Source: Candidatus Daviesbacteria bacterium (GTDB lineage Bacteria > Patescibacteriota > Microgenomatia > Daviesbacterales > UBA10151). Taken from it: a DNA stretch of 64,000 bases. The translations under genes and the position numbers were made by a program. The stretch covers positions 148,368 to 212,367 of the forward strand of contig CP066688.1 of NCBI GenBank assembly GCA_016432425.1, read 5' to 3'. Shown one piece after another: positions 39,258 to 48,608 of this stretch (position 1 is the first letter of the stretch; each line of letters opens with the position of its first letter). A model generated the notes under the pieces. It had not been told where the DNA came from, ran no database searches, and worked only from the letters and a program-made list of their open reading frames with translations.

Positions 39258-40265
39258 ATGGATCCACAAAATCCCAATAGTACTGACCCAAATAATCCAA
39301 ATATTCCCGCCTCTGGCCCAGGTGCTATCCCTCCTCCGCCTGTTACTCCTGTCCCGGTTCAGCCTGATTTAAGCAGTGCCTTAGGTCCTACTCCTCCACC
39401 AGTAGAACCTATTCCTACCCCAGACTCTAATCAGGTAAATATTCCACCTACTCCACCTACTCCAGACTTCAACCCCACACTTACCTATACCCCTCCTAGT
39501 TGGATGAATCCTTCTGCTACTACTCCTGCTAGTGATCCACTAATTCAAAATCCACTATCTGATGTTAATCCACCCGTACCCGCTCCCTTAGATAATCCCA
39601 TTGCGCCGCCGCCTACCCCTAGCGTTCCTCCGGTTGACCAGCCTATCGCACCCACTGAACCCACTCCAGCCGCTCCTCCACCGGTAGAGCCAATCCCCAC
39701 TTACATCCCTCCAGTCACTCCTATACCAGAAACATCTCCACCACCTCCACCGGCAGAACCTACTCCCGTAGGACCTAATCCCATTACTGAATCTAATTTA
39801 TCTCAAGGCGCACCGGTGGATTTATCTCAATTAATTAGCAATGCTCAACAGCAAGTCCAAACGGAAAATCCTGGTGGAATACCTGCCAGTCCCATCCCTA
39901 CGTCTACTGAGGGAGTTGTCAACGCCACCTCTGGGGTTATTACCGACACTGCTGTTTCTGGTAATGAACAAAGTTCTTCTATGAATAAAGGTTTGCCTAA
40001 ATGGCTAATTGGGGTAGCAGTAGGGCTGCTCATATTGGTTATCGGAGCCTCTGCTTATTTTATTTTAGGAATTGGTCAAAGTAATACCCAAACTTCACTG
40101 CCGGCTACTCAAAATACTGGGCAGTTGTCTACTCCGGCTCCCATCTCTTCACCTCGCAGTGTAGTTGCTCCTTCCTCATCTACTTCCTCTGGCCAACCAA
40201 CTGTGATTACACCACCAGCCACCTCAGCCGCAGATTTAATTAGACAAAGACAACAAGAACAATAA
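39258..40265 (+). CDS. Proline-rich surface-anchored low-complexity protein
   Basis: The first ~190 aa are extremely Pro-rich (PPVEPIPTP repeats). A single TM helix (WLIGVAVGLLILVIGASAYFILGI) is followed by an S/T-rich tail. Confidence 0.5.
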   Translation: MDPQNPNSTDPNNPNIPASGPGAIPPPPVTPVPVQPDLSSALGPTPPPVEPIPTPDSNQVNIPPTPPTPDFNPTLTYTPPSWMNPSATTPASDPLIQNPLSDVNPPVPAPLDNPIAPPPTPSVPPVDQPIAPTEPTPAAPPPVEPIPTYIPPVTPIPETSPPPPPAEPTPVGPNPITESNLSQGAPVDLSQLISNAQQQVQTENPGGIPASPIPTSTEGVVNATSGVITDTAVSGNEQSSSMNKGLPKWLIGVAVGLLILVIGASAYFILGIGQSNTQTSLPATQNTGQLSTPAPISSPRSVVAPSSSTSSGQPTVITPPATSAADLIRQRQQEQ

Positions 40266-40276
40266 GTTATGTGCAT

Positions 40277-41542
40277 TTATTTAGGTCGGATTTCAGCAAA
40301 ACCTGTGTATTTTTGTAACACTTCCGGGATTTTGACAGAGCCATCCTCTTGTTGAAAATTTTCTAAAATAGCAATAATCATCCTACCAATAGCAAAAGCG
40401 GTTCCGTTTAATATATGCACAAATTTTTTCTCTGCACCGTCTTGATACTTAATATTAAGTCTTCTGGATTGGAAATCGGTCGTTGTAGAGATAGAATGTG
40501 TCTCCCTATATCTACCTTGAGAAGGAATCCATGTTTCAATATCAATGGTTTCAGCTGAAGGAAAACCTAAATCACTACTGGCTAATTGAACCACCTGATA
40601 AGGGAGACCAAGTGTTTTAACTAACCCTTCTGTAATCGTAAGCATTTTTCTCCTTGCATTTTGATCATCTTCTGGTTTTACAAACTGCACCATTTCTACT
40701 TTATCAAATTGATGTACTCTAAGTATCCCTCTCGTATCTTTACCATAAGAACCAGCTTCTCTTCTAAAACACGTTGAAAATGCAGCATATCTTTTTGGTA
40801 ATTCGTCTTTTTCTAAAGTTTCATCCATATGCATAGGCACAATCGAATGTTCTCCAGTTCCAATTAAATAAAGATCTAGAGGTTGGCCCTTTTCATCTCC
40901 CTCTAACTCAAAATCCCTAACAAAATAATAGTTTTCATTACCTCCACCGTGCCAATATCCTAAACCTTCAGTAATGTCTTTCTTAATTAATACGGGGGGT
41001 ATTACTGGTGTAAAACCTTCTTTTACTAAAGCTTCCATTGCATACTGAACTAAAGCTAATTCTAAAATTACTCCTTCATTTTTAAGATAAGAAAATCTGG
41101 TACCAGATATTTTTGTGGCTCTAGATATATCAATAATATCTAAAAGCTCTCCTAACTCCACATGATCTTTAGGAGTGGCGATTTCAGGGGTAATTCCTAT
41201 TTGTCTTAAAACCTTATTTTTAGTTTCATCTCCCTGAGGAACATCTTCAAGAGGAATATTCGGTATTTGCAGCTCAGTTTTTCTATAAGCCTCCCACGCT
41301 TTAAAATTTTCTTCTTCAGCCTTTTTAATTTTATCCTTTAGAACTCTTCCTTCTTCAGATAATTCTTTTCTTTTTGCTATTTCATTTCTCTTGTGTCTAA
41401 GCTCATCATATATCTTTAATTTCTCAGTCCAGATACTATAATATTTCAAAAGTTGATCTACTAAAGTAGGATCTACACCTTTTGATTCTACTCCTTTTTT
41501 TACTTTCTCTGGGTTATTTCTAACAAAATTAATGTCCAACAT
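40277..41542 (-). CDS. serS: Seryl-tRNA synthetase
   Basis: It has the N-terminal coiled-coil arm (MLDINFVRNNPEKVKKG) and class II motifs (FRRE, GTAFAIGR). Confidence 0.9.
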   Translation of the reverse strand: MLDINFVRNNPEKVKKGVESKGVDPTLVDQLLKYYSIWTEKLKIYDELRHKRNEIAKRKELSEEGRVLKDKIKKAEEENFKAWEAYRKTELQIPNIPLEDVPQGDETKNKVLRQIGITPEIATPKDHVELGELLDIIDISRATKISGTRFSYLKNEGVILELALVQYAMEALVKEGFTPVIPPVLIKKDITEGLGYWHGGGNENYYFVRDFELEGDEKGQPLDLYLIGTGEHSIVPMHMDETLEKDELPKRYAAFSTCFRREAGSYGKDTRGILRVHQFDKVEMVQFVKPEDDQNARRKMLTITEGLVKTLGLPYQVVQLASSDLGFPSAETIDIETWIPSQGRYRETHSISTTTDFQSRRLNIKYQDGAEKKFVHILNGTAFAIGRMIIAILENFQQEDGSVKIPEVLQKYTGFAEIRPK

Positions 41543-41545
41543 AAC

Positions 41546-42136
41546 TTACAATCCTAGTTCAGATGATATACCTTGCATAGCCTTTAAAGCAATGTCGACA
41601 AATTCTTCCAGGGGGATATTTAACTCTTTCTCACAAGTTTTAATTTGCTCCCGATTTGCTCCAGCAGCAAAAGATTTCTGAGGAAATTTTTTCATGATTG
41701 AGGTCACTGTTACGGAGGACAATTTCCTATCAGGCATAACTAATGCTACCGCAGTGATTAACCCAGCAAGTTCATCAGTAGCATAAATCGCTTTTTCCAT
41801 TAAATTTTCTCTAGTGGGCTTTACTCCTTCGTGATGAGCTTTTATTCCATTAATAACTCTCTCAGATATCCCACCCATCTGTCTTAACTTTTCCTCAGTT
41901 ACCAAGGTATGCCTCTGTGGATCTTTTTCCACCAGCTCATAATCGCCGTCGTGAAGTAAACCTACGATAGCCCACTCTTCTTCATTAAACTCTGTTTCAT
42001 TTTGTTTACGATCGTGAACATTTTGAAAATATCTACACAATTCCCTCATTATTGCTTCCACTGCCAAACCATGTCTTTGTAAATTCTTGCTTCTGAGCAT
42101 CTCAATCATTAAATTGTAGGCCTCATGTCTGGTCAT
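41546..42136 (-). CDS. HD-domain phosphohydrolase
   Basis: The H...HD motif is present (LLHDGDYELVEKDPQRH). Confidence 0.7.
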   Translation of the reverse strand: MTRHEAYNLMIEMLRSKNLQRHGLAVEAIMRELCRYFQNVHDRKQNETEFNEEEWAIVGLLHDGDYELVEKDPQRHTLVTEEKLRQMGGISERVINGIKAHHEGVKPTRENLMEKAIYATDELAGLITAVALVMPDRKLSSVTVTSIMKKFPQKSFAAGANREQIKTCEKELNIPLEEFVDIALKAMQGISSELGL

Positions 42137-43611
42137 TAATTTTTTACCTTTATTCTAAGTGGTTTTTTCTCTGGACGGAGCATCGGAAAAGCAATTACAT
42201 CCGCAATGGCAGGGGAGTCAGTTAACACCATCACCCACCGATCCAGCCCCGGACCGATCCCGGAGGTGGGCGGCATGCCATATTCCAGTGCTTCCAAAAA
42301 ATCTTTATCTAATTTTTGAGCTTCTGGGTTACCCTTTTTTTGTTTTTTCCGCTCAGCCAGCCAAGCCTCTTTTAGAACCTGCGGATCATTTTGCTCGCTA
42401 TAATTAGTCCCCATCTCCATTCCCGCCACATAAATATCGAAGCTTTCCACAAATTTGGGATCATCTTCTTTTCTTTTAGCTAAAGGGTAAAAATCAGCCG
42501 GGTAATCGTAGATAAAAGTTGGCTGGATCAGCTGATCTGTACATTTTTTTTCAAAAATTTCCAGGAGAATTTCTCCATCCGTCATGTAATCATGAATTTC
42601 TACTCCCAATTTTTTGGCCAAAGTAGTGGCTTTTTCCAAAGTATCAATTTCACGAAAATGCACTCCGGTGTGTTTTTTAAACAAATCAGTTAATTTAATT
42701 CTGGCCCAAGGTCTTTTAAAATCCAAATCTTTTCCCTGGTAAGAAATTTTTAATCTTCCCAGCACTTGTTTGATCACATATTCAAACATCTCTTCCACCA
42801 AGTTCATGTTGTCCTCATAGTCGGCATAAGCCTCCATAGTTTCCAACATGGTAAACTCCGGGTTATGATTGCGATCCATACCTTCATTGCGAAAAGTGTG
42901 GCCTATTTCAAAAACCTTTTCCATTCCTCCCACAATTAATTTCTTAAGATACAGCTCATTAGAAATCCGCAAATATAAATTCATGTCTAAACTGTTGTGA
43001 TGAGTTTTAAAAGGCCGAGCTCGGGTTCCACCATAAATTGGCTGCAAAACAGGATTTTCTATTTCCACGTAACCTTTTTTATTAATGAGAAAATTTCGAA
43101 TGGCAGCAGTAATTTGGGAACGGGTTTCCATAATTTTCCGTACCTGTGGATTCATAATCATATCCACATAGCGGCGGCGATAGCGTTCCTCCACATCTTT
43201 CAGCCCATACCAAAAGGAAGGCAGGGGACGCATAGATTTAGAGAGAATTGTAAAATCAGAAATGGCTACCGTCGTCTCACCTGCTTGGGTTTTGATTATT
43301 TCCCCCGAGGCGCCAATAAAATCACCTAAATCTAAATTCACCAGTAAATCATATTTATCACCCGAGATGCCGTCTTGGCGAAACAGTAATTGGATTTTAC
43401 CGCTGGCATCTTCAATATCAGCAAAGCTAATTTTGCCATGGGGCCGCAGAGACCGTAGTCTCCCTGCCACTGTCACTTTTTTGTTCATTAATTTTAATGC
43501 CTCAGCAACAGTATGTTTGCGCAGGAATTTAGCAGGATAAGGATTCAACCCCAATTTTTTTAAGTTTTTAAGTTTTTTAATTCTTTCTTTTTGCAAGCTT
43601 TGCAGTGCCAT
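42136..43611 (-). CDS. lysS: Lysyl-tRNA synthetase (class II)
   Basis: An OB-fold N-terminus is followed by class II motifs (FRNEG, FTMLETMEAYADY, GIGPGLDR). Confidence 0.9.
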   Translation of the reverse strand: MALQSLQKERIKKLKNLKKLGLNPYPAKFLRKHTVAEALKLMNKKVTVAGRLRSLRPHGKISFADIEDASGKIQLLFRQDGISGDKYDLLVNLDLGDFIGASGEIIKTQAGETTVAISDFTILSKSMRPLPSFWYGLKDVEERYRRRYVDMIMNPQVRKIMETRSQITAAIRNFLINKKGYVEIENPVLQPIYGGTRARPFKTHHNSLDMNLYLRISNELYLKKLIVGGMEKVFEIGHTFRNEGMDRNHNPEFTMLETMEAYADYEDNMNLVEEMFEYVIKQVLGRLKISYQGKDLDFKRPWARIKLTDLFKKHTGVHFREIDTLEKATTLAKKLGVEIHDYMTDGEILLEIFEKKCTDQLIQPTFIYDYPADFYPLAKRKEDDPKFVESFDIYVAGMEMGTNYSEQNDPQVLKEAWLAERKKQKKGNPEAQKLDKDFLEALEYGMPPTSGIGPGLDRWVMVLTDSPAIADVIAFPMLRPEKKPLRIKVKN

Positions 43612-43654
43612 ACGAGCTTAAGTATACCTGGAGAAAGTTTTTTTGACAATTAGA

Positions 43655-44878
43655 CTAAGCTGTTTTTTGTTGTTCTATAAAAGAGGCCAATTCAGAATAA
43701 CCAGGTTGATGGTTATAAGCATAAGTAATAACTCTCCTTCTCTGCTCATCAGTCATATCCTCAGCCTCTTTTCTTAATTCATGAGAGCCACTGTAGCTGT
43801 AATAATAACTTCTATAACGAGGATCATCTCTTCTTAAGGGTATAAATTCTGAAACAATCTTTTCTGGCGGTTGGCCTGGGAGATAATCGAGTGTATAGGC
43901 CTTGATCCATTCATCACTATATCCATCAGCATTGGCAAAAATTAAAGCATTTCTATTTAACACCATATCCCGCAGCACACCATATTCTAGAGCAAACCTC
44001 CCATAAGGAGACATTCTCTCTAGAATCTCTGGAACAAAAAATGGCATCGCTTGGGCCATACTTTCATTAGGCATTTGTTCTATGCCAGGAATAGTAGTAA
44101 TAGCATAATCTCTAGATAAAACACCGCTTCTAATATTTTCCCTCAGGCAAAGGGCTTGTACTAAATGATAAACCAATTCATGTGCTTCCAAAGGTTCTTC
44201 TAACCCCATAAAATATCTAAATCTATTTCTGGGATGGAAGTTTATTTCATGGCTAAACCGATCGGGACCACCAATAATTCTACTGATCCATGGCCGATTT
44301 CGACGAACTACTCTAGTGTCAAAATCTAAAGGCAAGTCAGACCTATTGATAGTCTCGAGTACTATCGGGATAACTCTTTGCTCTGCATCTAACACTGCGG
44401 CTTTTGTTTTCTCTCTTGTGGGAGGTTCCGCTTCCTGATAACGGCGCCAACCAGCTTCATTAAAAGCAAAGCCTAAATTAGAAAATAAACCGACCACCCT
44501 ATCTCTCTGTTCACGAATTTCGCTATCAGGGATAGCTGCAGGAGTAACACCTAAAGTTCTAGAAAGATAAACACCCAGCGACTCTCTTTTCCCTAATACT
44601 GCTTCACTAAAAGCTAACAGCCCGTCACATCTTTGAGCATGTTTTACTCCGGCAGAATTTGGCGGAGTTCTGGCAATATGGTCCTCTAACCAATTCTTAA
44701 CACTTTCTCTGTCGGGAAAATTATCTTCTTCCCCAGGCTCGATCTCAAGTAATTTCAAATCTACAACCTGATTACCATTTCTCAAAGTATCCTCCAGACG
44801 TTGCCAAGCTACCATCCTGCGCAGGAATTCATCACTTAACTCTGTATCTAATTTAGACTCTGATTCCATCACCATCAT
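43655..44878 (-). CDS. Hypothetical protein (407 aa)
   Basis: No recognisable family. It contains HEINFH and HELVYH (HExxxH) strings. It is co-oriented with the next gene with an 18-nt gap. Confidence 0.45.
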   Translation of the reverse strand: MMVMESESKLDTELSDEFLRRMVAWQRLEDTLRNGNQVVDLKLLEIEPGEEDNFPDRESVKNWLEDHIARTPPNSAGVKHAQRCDGLLAFSEAVLGKRESLGVYLSRTLGVTPAAIPDSEIREQRDRVVGLFSNLGFAFNEAGWRRYQEAEPPTREKTKAAVLDAEQRVIPIVLETINRSDLPLDFDTRVVRRNRPWISRIIGGPDRFSHEINFHPRNRFRYFMGLEEPLEAHELVYHLVQALCLRENIRSGVLSRDYAITTIPGIEQMPNESMAQAMPFFVPEILERMSPYGRFALEYGVLRDMVLNRNALIFANADGYSDEWIKAYTLDYLPGQPPEKIVSEFIPLRRDDPRYRSYYYSYSGSHELRKEAEDMTDEQRRRVITYAYNHQPGYSELASFIEQQKTA

Positions 44879-44896
44879 AGATATTTAAGGTTTGTA

Positions 44897-46231
44897 TTAT
44901 CGGGTAAAATTAGGTAATTTGTCAAGGTTACCATATCTGCTGATAAAAATCTCTGCATCTTCCCTGTTTCCTTGATAGAGCATTCTTTCTAAAACTGAGG
45001 CTAACTCATCCAGCGACATAAATATTTTCATGAAATTGGGCCAGGAAACTCCATCGTCCAACCTAATGGCTCCACTTTCACTTAGATAATTAATTAAAAT
45101 CGCTGCCCCCAGGATATAATGCATCCTAGCCGTATTACTTTTTCCTTGGGTCACCAGATAAAAACTCCGAGCTAAATGCGCCAACATAATAGCCTCTAGT
45201 TGTTTTTGGCTCATGATATCTTTAAGTATCAGTGGTCCACACACTTTCATACCCATCACTGAAGCACTAAGCTCATCAATAACCGGGAATAAATCTTTTA
45301 AATTTTTTTCAGAATTGCGGTAACGCAGATAGGTATGAGCCAATTCGTGTAAAATCACCCCATACAGACAACCGTCTTCCAATTCTCGAGGAGAAAATTC
45401 TTTTTTAAAAGCTGGAGAAAAAAATTTATTAAAAAGAGGCAACACTTCCTCTTTGACCCGTTGATGATTAGCTTGTCTAAAAACAGTAATTTCTGAACCA
45501 TATTTTTCCATCAACAGGGGATCATTGGGTAAATTAATCCCCACGGGCAAAGTTCTAGCGATTCGCCCGCTATAAATAATAGCGTTATCAACTCGGGTTT
45601 GAACTTTATCATAATAATCTACTTTTTCTGAAGGCATGATAATTTTGCGACGAGAGGCGAGGATAATGGGCCGATATCTATTGAAAATATCAGTATAATC
45701 TTTATCCATCACTCCTACCCAAGCCTGATAGGCAGTTTTAACGAAAAATATTCTGTCATCATACCTTTCAATGGGGCCAATTACGATATTAAATTTATAG
45801 GGCTTAGCACCCATCCAATAAATATCTGCCTCTTTATAGTTACCGTTGAGTAAAGCTTGAGCTTGTTTTTCTAACCCTTTACCGAATTCACTGTTTTCAG
45901 TTAATTTTGCTGCCTGTTGTAATTTTGCGACCACAGGTTTTAACAGCTTAGCGTATTTAACATGATAGGGAGTAGCTACCAGCTTTCCACCCTTTTTCTC
46001 AACTATCGTATAAGGCGATAATATCTCCGAATCAGTTTTGTTAGCTTTTTCTACCTCTTCTCTACTGATATTTTTGGGGTAGAAATTTGCCCCTGGCTGG
46101 TTACGGTTTTCCTGCAACTCATATATAGGTACAATTAATTTAGCTGCCTCTATTAAAAGCTTTAGAACTTGCTTTTCGTTAACATCCAGTTTGGGTAGCT
46201 TAGTTTTAAATATTACTAAAGGTTTTGCCAT
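44897..46231 (-). CDS. Hypothetical protein with an HExxH motif, a putative zincin-like metallopeptidase (444 aa)
   Basis: GVILHELAHTYL contains a canonical HExxH. The rest of the sequence is unrecognised. Confidence 0.45.
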   Translation of the reverse strand: MAKPLVIFKTKLPKLDVNEKQVLKLLIEAAKLIVPIYELQENRNQPGANFYPKNISREEVEKANKTDSEILSPYTIVEKKGGKLVATPYHVKYAKLLKPVVAKLQQAAKLTENSEFGKGLEKQAQALLNGNYKEADIYWMGAKPYKFNIVIGPIERYDDRIFFVKTAYQAWVGVMDKDYTDIFNRYRPIILASRRKIIMPSEKVDYYDKVQTRVDNAIIYSGRIARTLPVGINLPNDPLLMEKYGSEITVFRQANHQRVKEEVLPLFNKFFSPAFKKEFSPRELEDGCLYGVILHELAHTYLRYRNSEKNLKDLFPVIDELSASVMGMKVCGPLILKDIMSQKQLEAIMLAHLARSFYLVTQGKSNTARMHYILGAAILINYLSESGAIRLDDGVSWPNFMKIFMSLDELASVLERMLYQGNREDAEIFISRYGNLDKLPNFTR

Positions 46232-46758
46232 TATTTAATCTCCAATACTTTACACCTGTATCTCACTATGGGAGTAGCCACCTCTATTGTCTCCCCTACT
46301 TTTGCCCCCAGTAGCGCTCCCCCCATAGGGGACTCATTAGAAATTTTCTTTTTCGAAGGGTCAGCTTCCATTTTACCCACAATGGTAAACTCATCTACTT
46401 GCCCATCTAGTTCAATAGCAACTGTAGAACCAATTACCACAAAATCACTGTTAGTTTTTTCCTCTTTAATGATTTGAACATTTTTTAACAGTCCTTCCAG
46501 TTCGGCAATCCTGCTTTCAGTTAAATTATGCTCTTCTAAGGCAGAGTCATATTCAGAATTTTCTGACAGATCACCAAATTCCCGGGCTCGCTGGATTCGC
46601 TCAGTTACTTCTTTCCTTTTAATTTTCCTTAAATAATCCAATTCGGATTCTGCCTCTTGTAGACCTTTGGAGGTGAAATAATTTTTTTTCTGTCTAATAA
46701 TTTTACTAGCCATTTTTTTCTCTGGCAGCCATTTGCAAAATTTTAATTTCTTTTGCAA
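46231..46758 (-). CDS. greA: Transcription elongation factor GreA
   Basis: The GDLSENSEYDSALEE acidic fingertip motif is present, and there is a C-terminal FKBP-like domain. Confidence 0.85.
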   Translation of the reverse strand: MQKKLKFCKWLPEKKMASKIIRQKKNYFTSKGLQEAESELDYLRKIKRKEVTERIQRAREFGDLSENSEYDSALEEHNLTESRIAELEGLLKNVQIIKEEKTNSDFVVIGSTVAIELDGQVDEFTIVGKMEADPSKKKISNESPMGGALLGAKVGETIEVATPIVRYRCKVLEIK

Positions 46759-46822
46759 GGAAAGTCAATTATATACTTGTGCTACCTAAAAGTCTATGGA
46801 TTTAGTATAATTTCCTCATCAA

Positions 46823-46898
46823 GCCGCGTTCGTCTAGTGGCCTAGGACATCGGATTCTCATTCCGAAAATCAGGGGTTCAAATCCCCTACGCGGTACC
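46823..46898 (+). tRNA. tRNA-Glu (anticodon CUC)
   Basis: A manual cloverleaf fold gives a 7-bp acceptor stem (GCCGCGU/ACGCGGU), a D-arm GUCUAGUGGCCUAGGAC, an anticodon stem UCGGA/UCCGA with loop UUCUCAU, and a T-arm AGGGGUUCAAAUCCCCU. The discriminator is A and CC is encoded. It is closely similar to canonical bacterial tRNA-Glu. Confidence 0.85.
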
Positions 46899-46906
46899 GA
46901 GCGATC

Positions 46907-46949
46907 CTACAAATTTAACCTGCAAACCTGCACTCCTGGAGTGAAATCG
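46907..46949. repeat. 43-nt direct repeat, copy 1 (half-element of the palindromic repeat family)
   Basis: CTACAAATTTAACCTGCAAACCTGCACTCCTGGAGTGAAATCG is identical to 48545..48587. Confidence 0.8.
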
Positions 46950-47135
46950 TTTAAGAACAGAAAGAGACCGACTAATCAATTACTTGAGTGAAAGTCAAAG
47001 ATATAAATAACTAGAAGTTTCTTGAAGATGGGTTCCCTTTCCCAGAGCAGAGAATAAACGCACTTCCAGGATAGTAAAAACGACCTCCTTTAACGGTTAT
47101 TTCTGCAGAGGGGAGGCCACCATACCCCATAGGTA

Positions 47136-47163
47136 TTGACTTTATGAGTCTAATGCATATAAT
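47136..47163 (+). promoter_or_regulatory. Near-consensus sigma70 promoter (TTGACT-N16-TATAAT)
   Basis: TTGACT is at 47136..47141 and TATAAT at 47158..47163, about 22 nt upstream of the ATG at 47185. Confidence 0.5.
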
Positions 47164-47184
47164 TTAACAATCTGCCTAATAAAT

Positions 47185-47949
47185 ATGGCTACTGAAGGTC
47201 AACCAACACCAATTCCAAATTTAATTATTGCCCATGTCAACGAAAATCTTTTATTAACCCATGTTAGGACTGTTTCAGATCCTAAGTCTTTACTAGATCG
47301 AAACACCATACATGGAGATCCCTATTTACATAACGTTAAACTTTTCGCAGCCTTTAAAGAACCAGAATATGATCCTGCTAAGATGACTGCTGCTTTAAAT
47401 GAATTAATCACAGCACTAAGATCTTATGAATTTAAAGGAAGTGCTATGGGAAGTAGAATAGATCGTTTTTGGCATGGGGCTGGCAATTTAGTTCCTGGAG
47501 TATTATTTCTTCACGAGCCAATGGGTATAAGAGTAGAAACAAGTACTTGGAGTTTTAAACCCAACAATGAATATGCCAGAGGAGTTATGGCTCAAGCAGG
47601 AATGGAAGAGGGACAAGAGCATACAAAAGTTGAAGAAAAACCTATGTGGAGACAGGTTTCTACTACTATTCTCCCTTCGATCCCCTTAGCAAACTTAGCT
47701 GCAACTAATGAAGAAATGAGTAATATTCCAAAACAGGAGGACAGACCATTTCCTGTTAAAAATTCCTTATATGCGTATCATGGGGTATTAAGCCTGGGAG
47801 ACCTTGAGAAGCTTAAACAAGATCCAACTTATGTACAGGAGATGGCTGATAAAGCATTAGTGGGTTACAGAGTTCCAGGAATAACTAGAAGACCAGGAAG
47901 AATTGAAAGAATAGCTCAAACTTTTGGTTTTCTGCCTTCTCAAGGTTAA
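47185..47949 (+). CDS. Hypothetical protein (254 aa) in the tRNA-adjacent islet
   Basis: This is an ORF with a strong upstream promoter. No family is recognised. Confidence 0.5.
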   Translation: MATEGQPTPIPNLIIAHVNENLLLTHVRTVSDPKSLLDRNTIHGDPYLHNVKLFAAFKEPEYDPAKMTAALNELITALRSYEFKGSAMGSRIDRFWHGAGNLVPGVLFLHEPMGIRVETSTWSFKPNNEYARGVMAQAGMEEGQEHTKVEEKPMWRQVSTTILPSIPLANLAATNEEMSNIPKQEDRPFPVKNSLYAYHGVLSLGDLEKLKQDPTYVQEMADKALVGYRVPGITRRPGRIERIAQTFGFLPSQG

Positions 47950-48353
47950 CTCTTTTTAGCTTCTTTAATTTTATCAGTTATTTCTTTTTTTGAATATTCC
48001 TTATCTATTCTGAAAAAGATTGTGTAACTTTTCTTCTTTAATGGATTTGGATAAATAAAAATACAGACTTCAGGGATATAACCTCCATTTTTAATCTTTT
48101 TAGATTTATGCCATTTGTAGAGTCTTATCAGTAATTTCTCAATTTGGCTAGCTAGAAGGCTAGAAAATACTCCTAACCAGAATTCCTTCATGGTTAGCCA
48201 AGCCACTACAATTTCCTTTATCTCAGCTTCGCCGCCCCCACCCATTTGACCAGCTTTATATTTAAAACCTAGCTTTTCTAGTTCTTGAGCAAGAGAAGAA
48301 GAGGCAGGCTTATTATAGATATAAGGGTCTTCTCTTACAGAGTAGTATTTCAT
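47946..48353 (-). CDS. Hypothetical protein (135 aa), convergent with and overlapping the previous gene by 4 nt
   Basis: The ORF is K-rich at its C-terminus and has a hydrophobic segment (WLGVFSSLLAS). No family is recognised. Confidence 0.4.
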   Translation of the reverse strand: MKYYSVREDPYIYNKPASSSLAQELEKLGFKYKAGQMGGGGEAEIKEIVVAWLTMKEFWLGVFSSLLASQIEKLLIRLYKWHKSKKIKNGGYIPEVCIFIYPNPLKKKSYTIFFRIDKEYSKKEITDKIKEAKKS

Positions 48354-48481
48354 TGATTGTATTATAATGGTTTTAATCTCTAATGGTAGTTATACGCCAG
48401 ATTTGGCTTGAAGCTGGAATTGAGGAGATTTGCCCAAGCTTGCAATGAAGCTAGAAGCTGGTTCCAATTCTCAATCATTTG

Positions 48482-48494
48482 GGGTACCGAGCGA
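48482..48494. repeat. Duplicated 13-nt copy of the tRNA-Glu 3' end (GGTACCGAGCGAT), a candidate att-site remnant
   Basis: It is an exact match to 46893..46905, which spans the tRNA 3' end and 9 nt beyond. The upstream ~30 nt (GGTTCCAATTCTCAATCATTTGGG) loosely resembles a degraded T-arm. Confidence 0.55.
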
Positions 48495-48544
48495 TTACAT
48501 TATCACATAATGAGTCTTTTAAGTATTAAATATTTATTTTCCAA

Positions 48545-48608
48545 CCTACAAATTTAACCTGCAAACCTGCACTCCTGGAGTGAAATCGAATTGACAGACC
48601 AGGAGTGC
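48545..48608. repeat. Palindromic repeat element, full copy (43-nt direct repeat plus an inverted arm forming an 11-bp stem)
   Basis: 48545..48587 equals 46907..46949. TGCACTCCTGG (48567..48577) pairs with CCAGGAGTGCA (48598..48608) around a 20-nt loop. Confidence 0.7.

Noticed and set aside
39258-40265. Proline-rich ORF as a non-coding low-complexity artefact
   Set aside because: I considered this but did not accept it. The ORF is long (335 aa) and has a clean TM anchor and codon periodicity. It is retained as a CDS with moderate confidence.
48400-48497. Possible second tRNA gene upstream of the duplicated GGTACCGAGCGAT
   Set aside because: Only a weak T-arm-like stretch (GGTTCCAATTC...GGG) is present. 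No acceptor, D or anticodon stems can be folded. I treat it as a tRNA 3' fragment or att remnant, not a gene.
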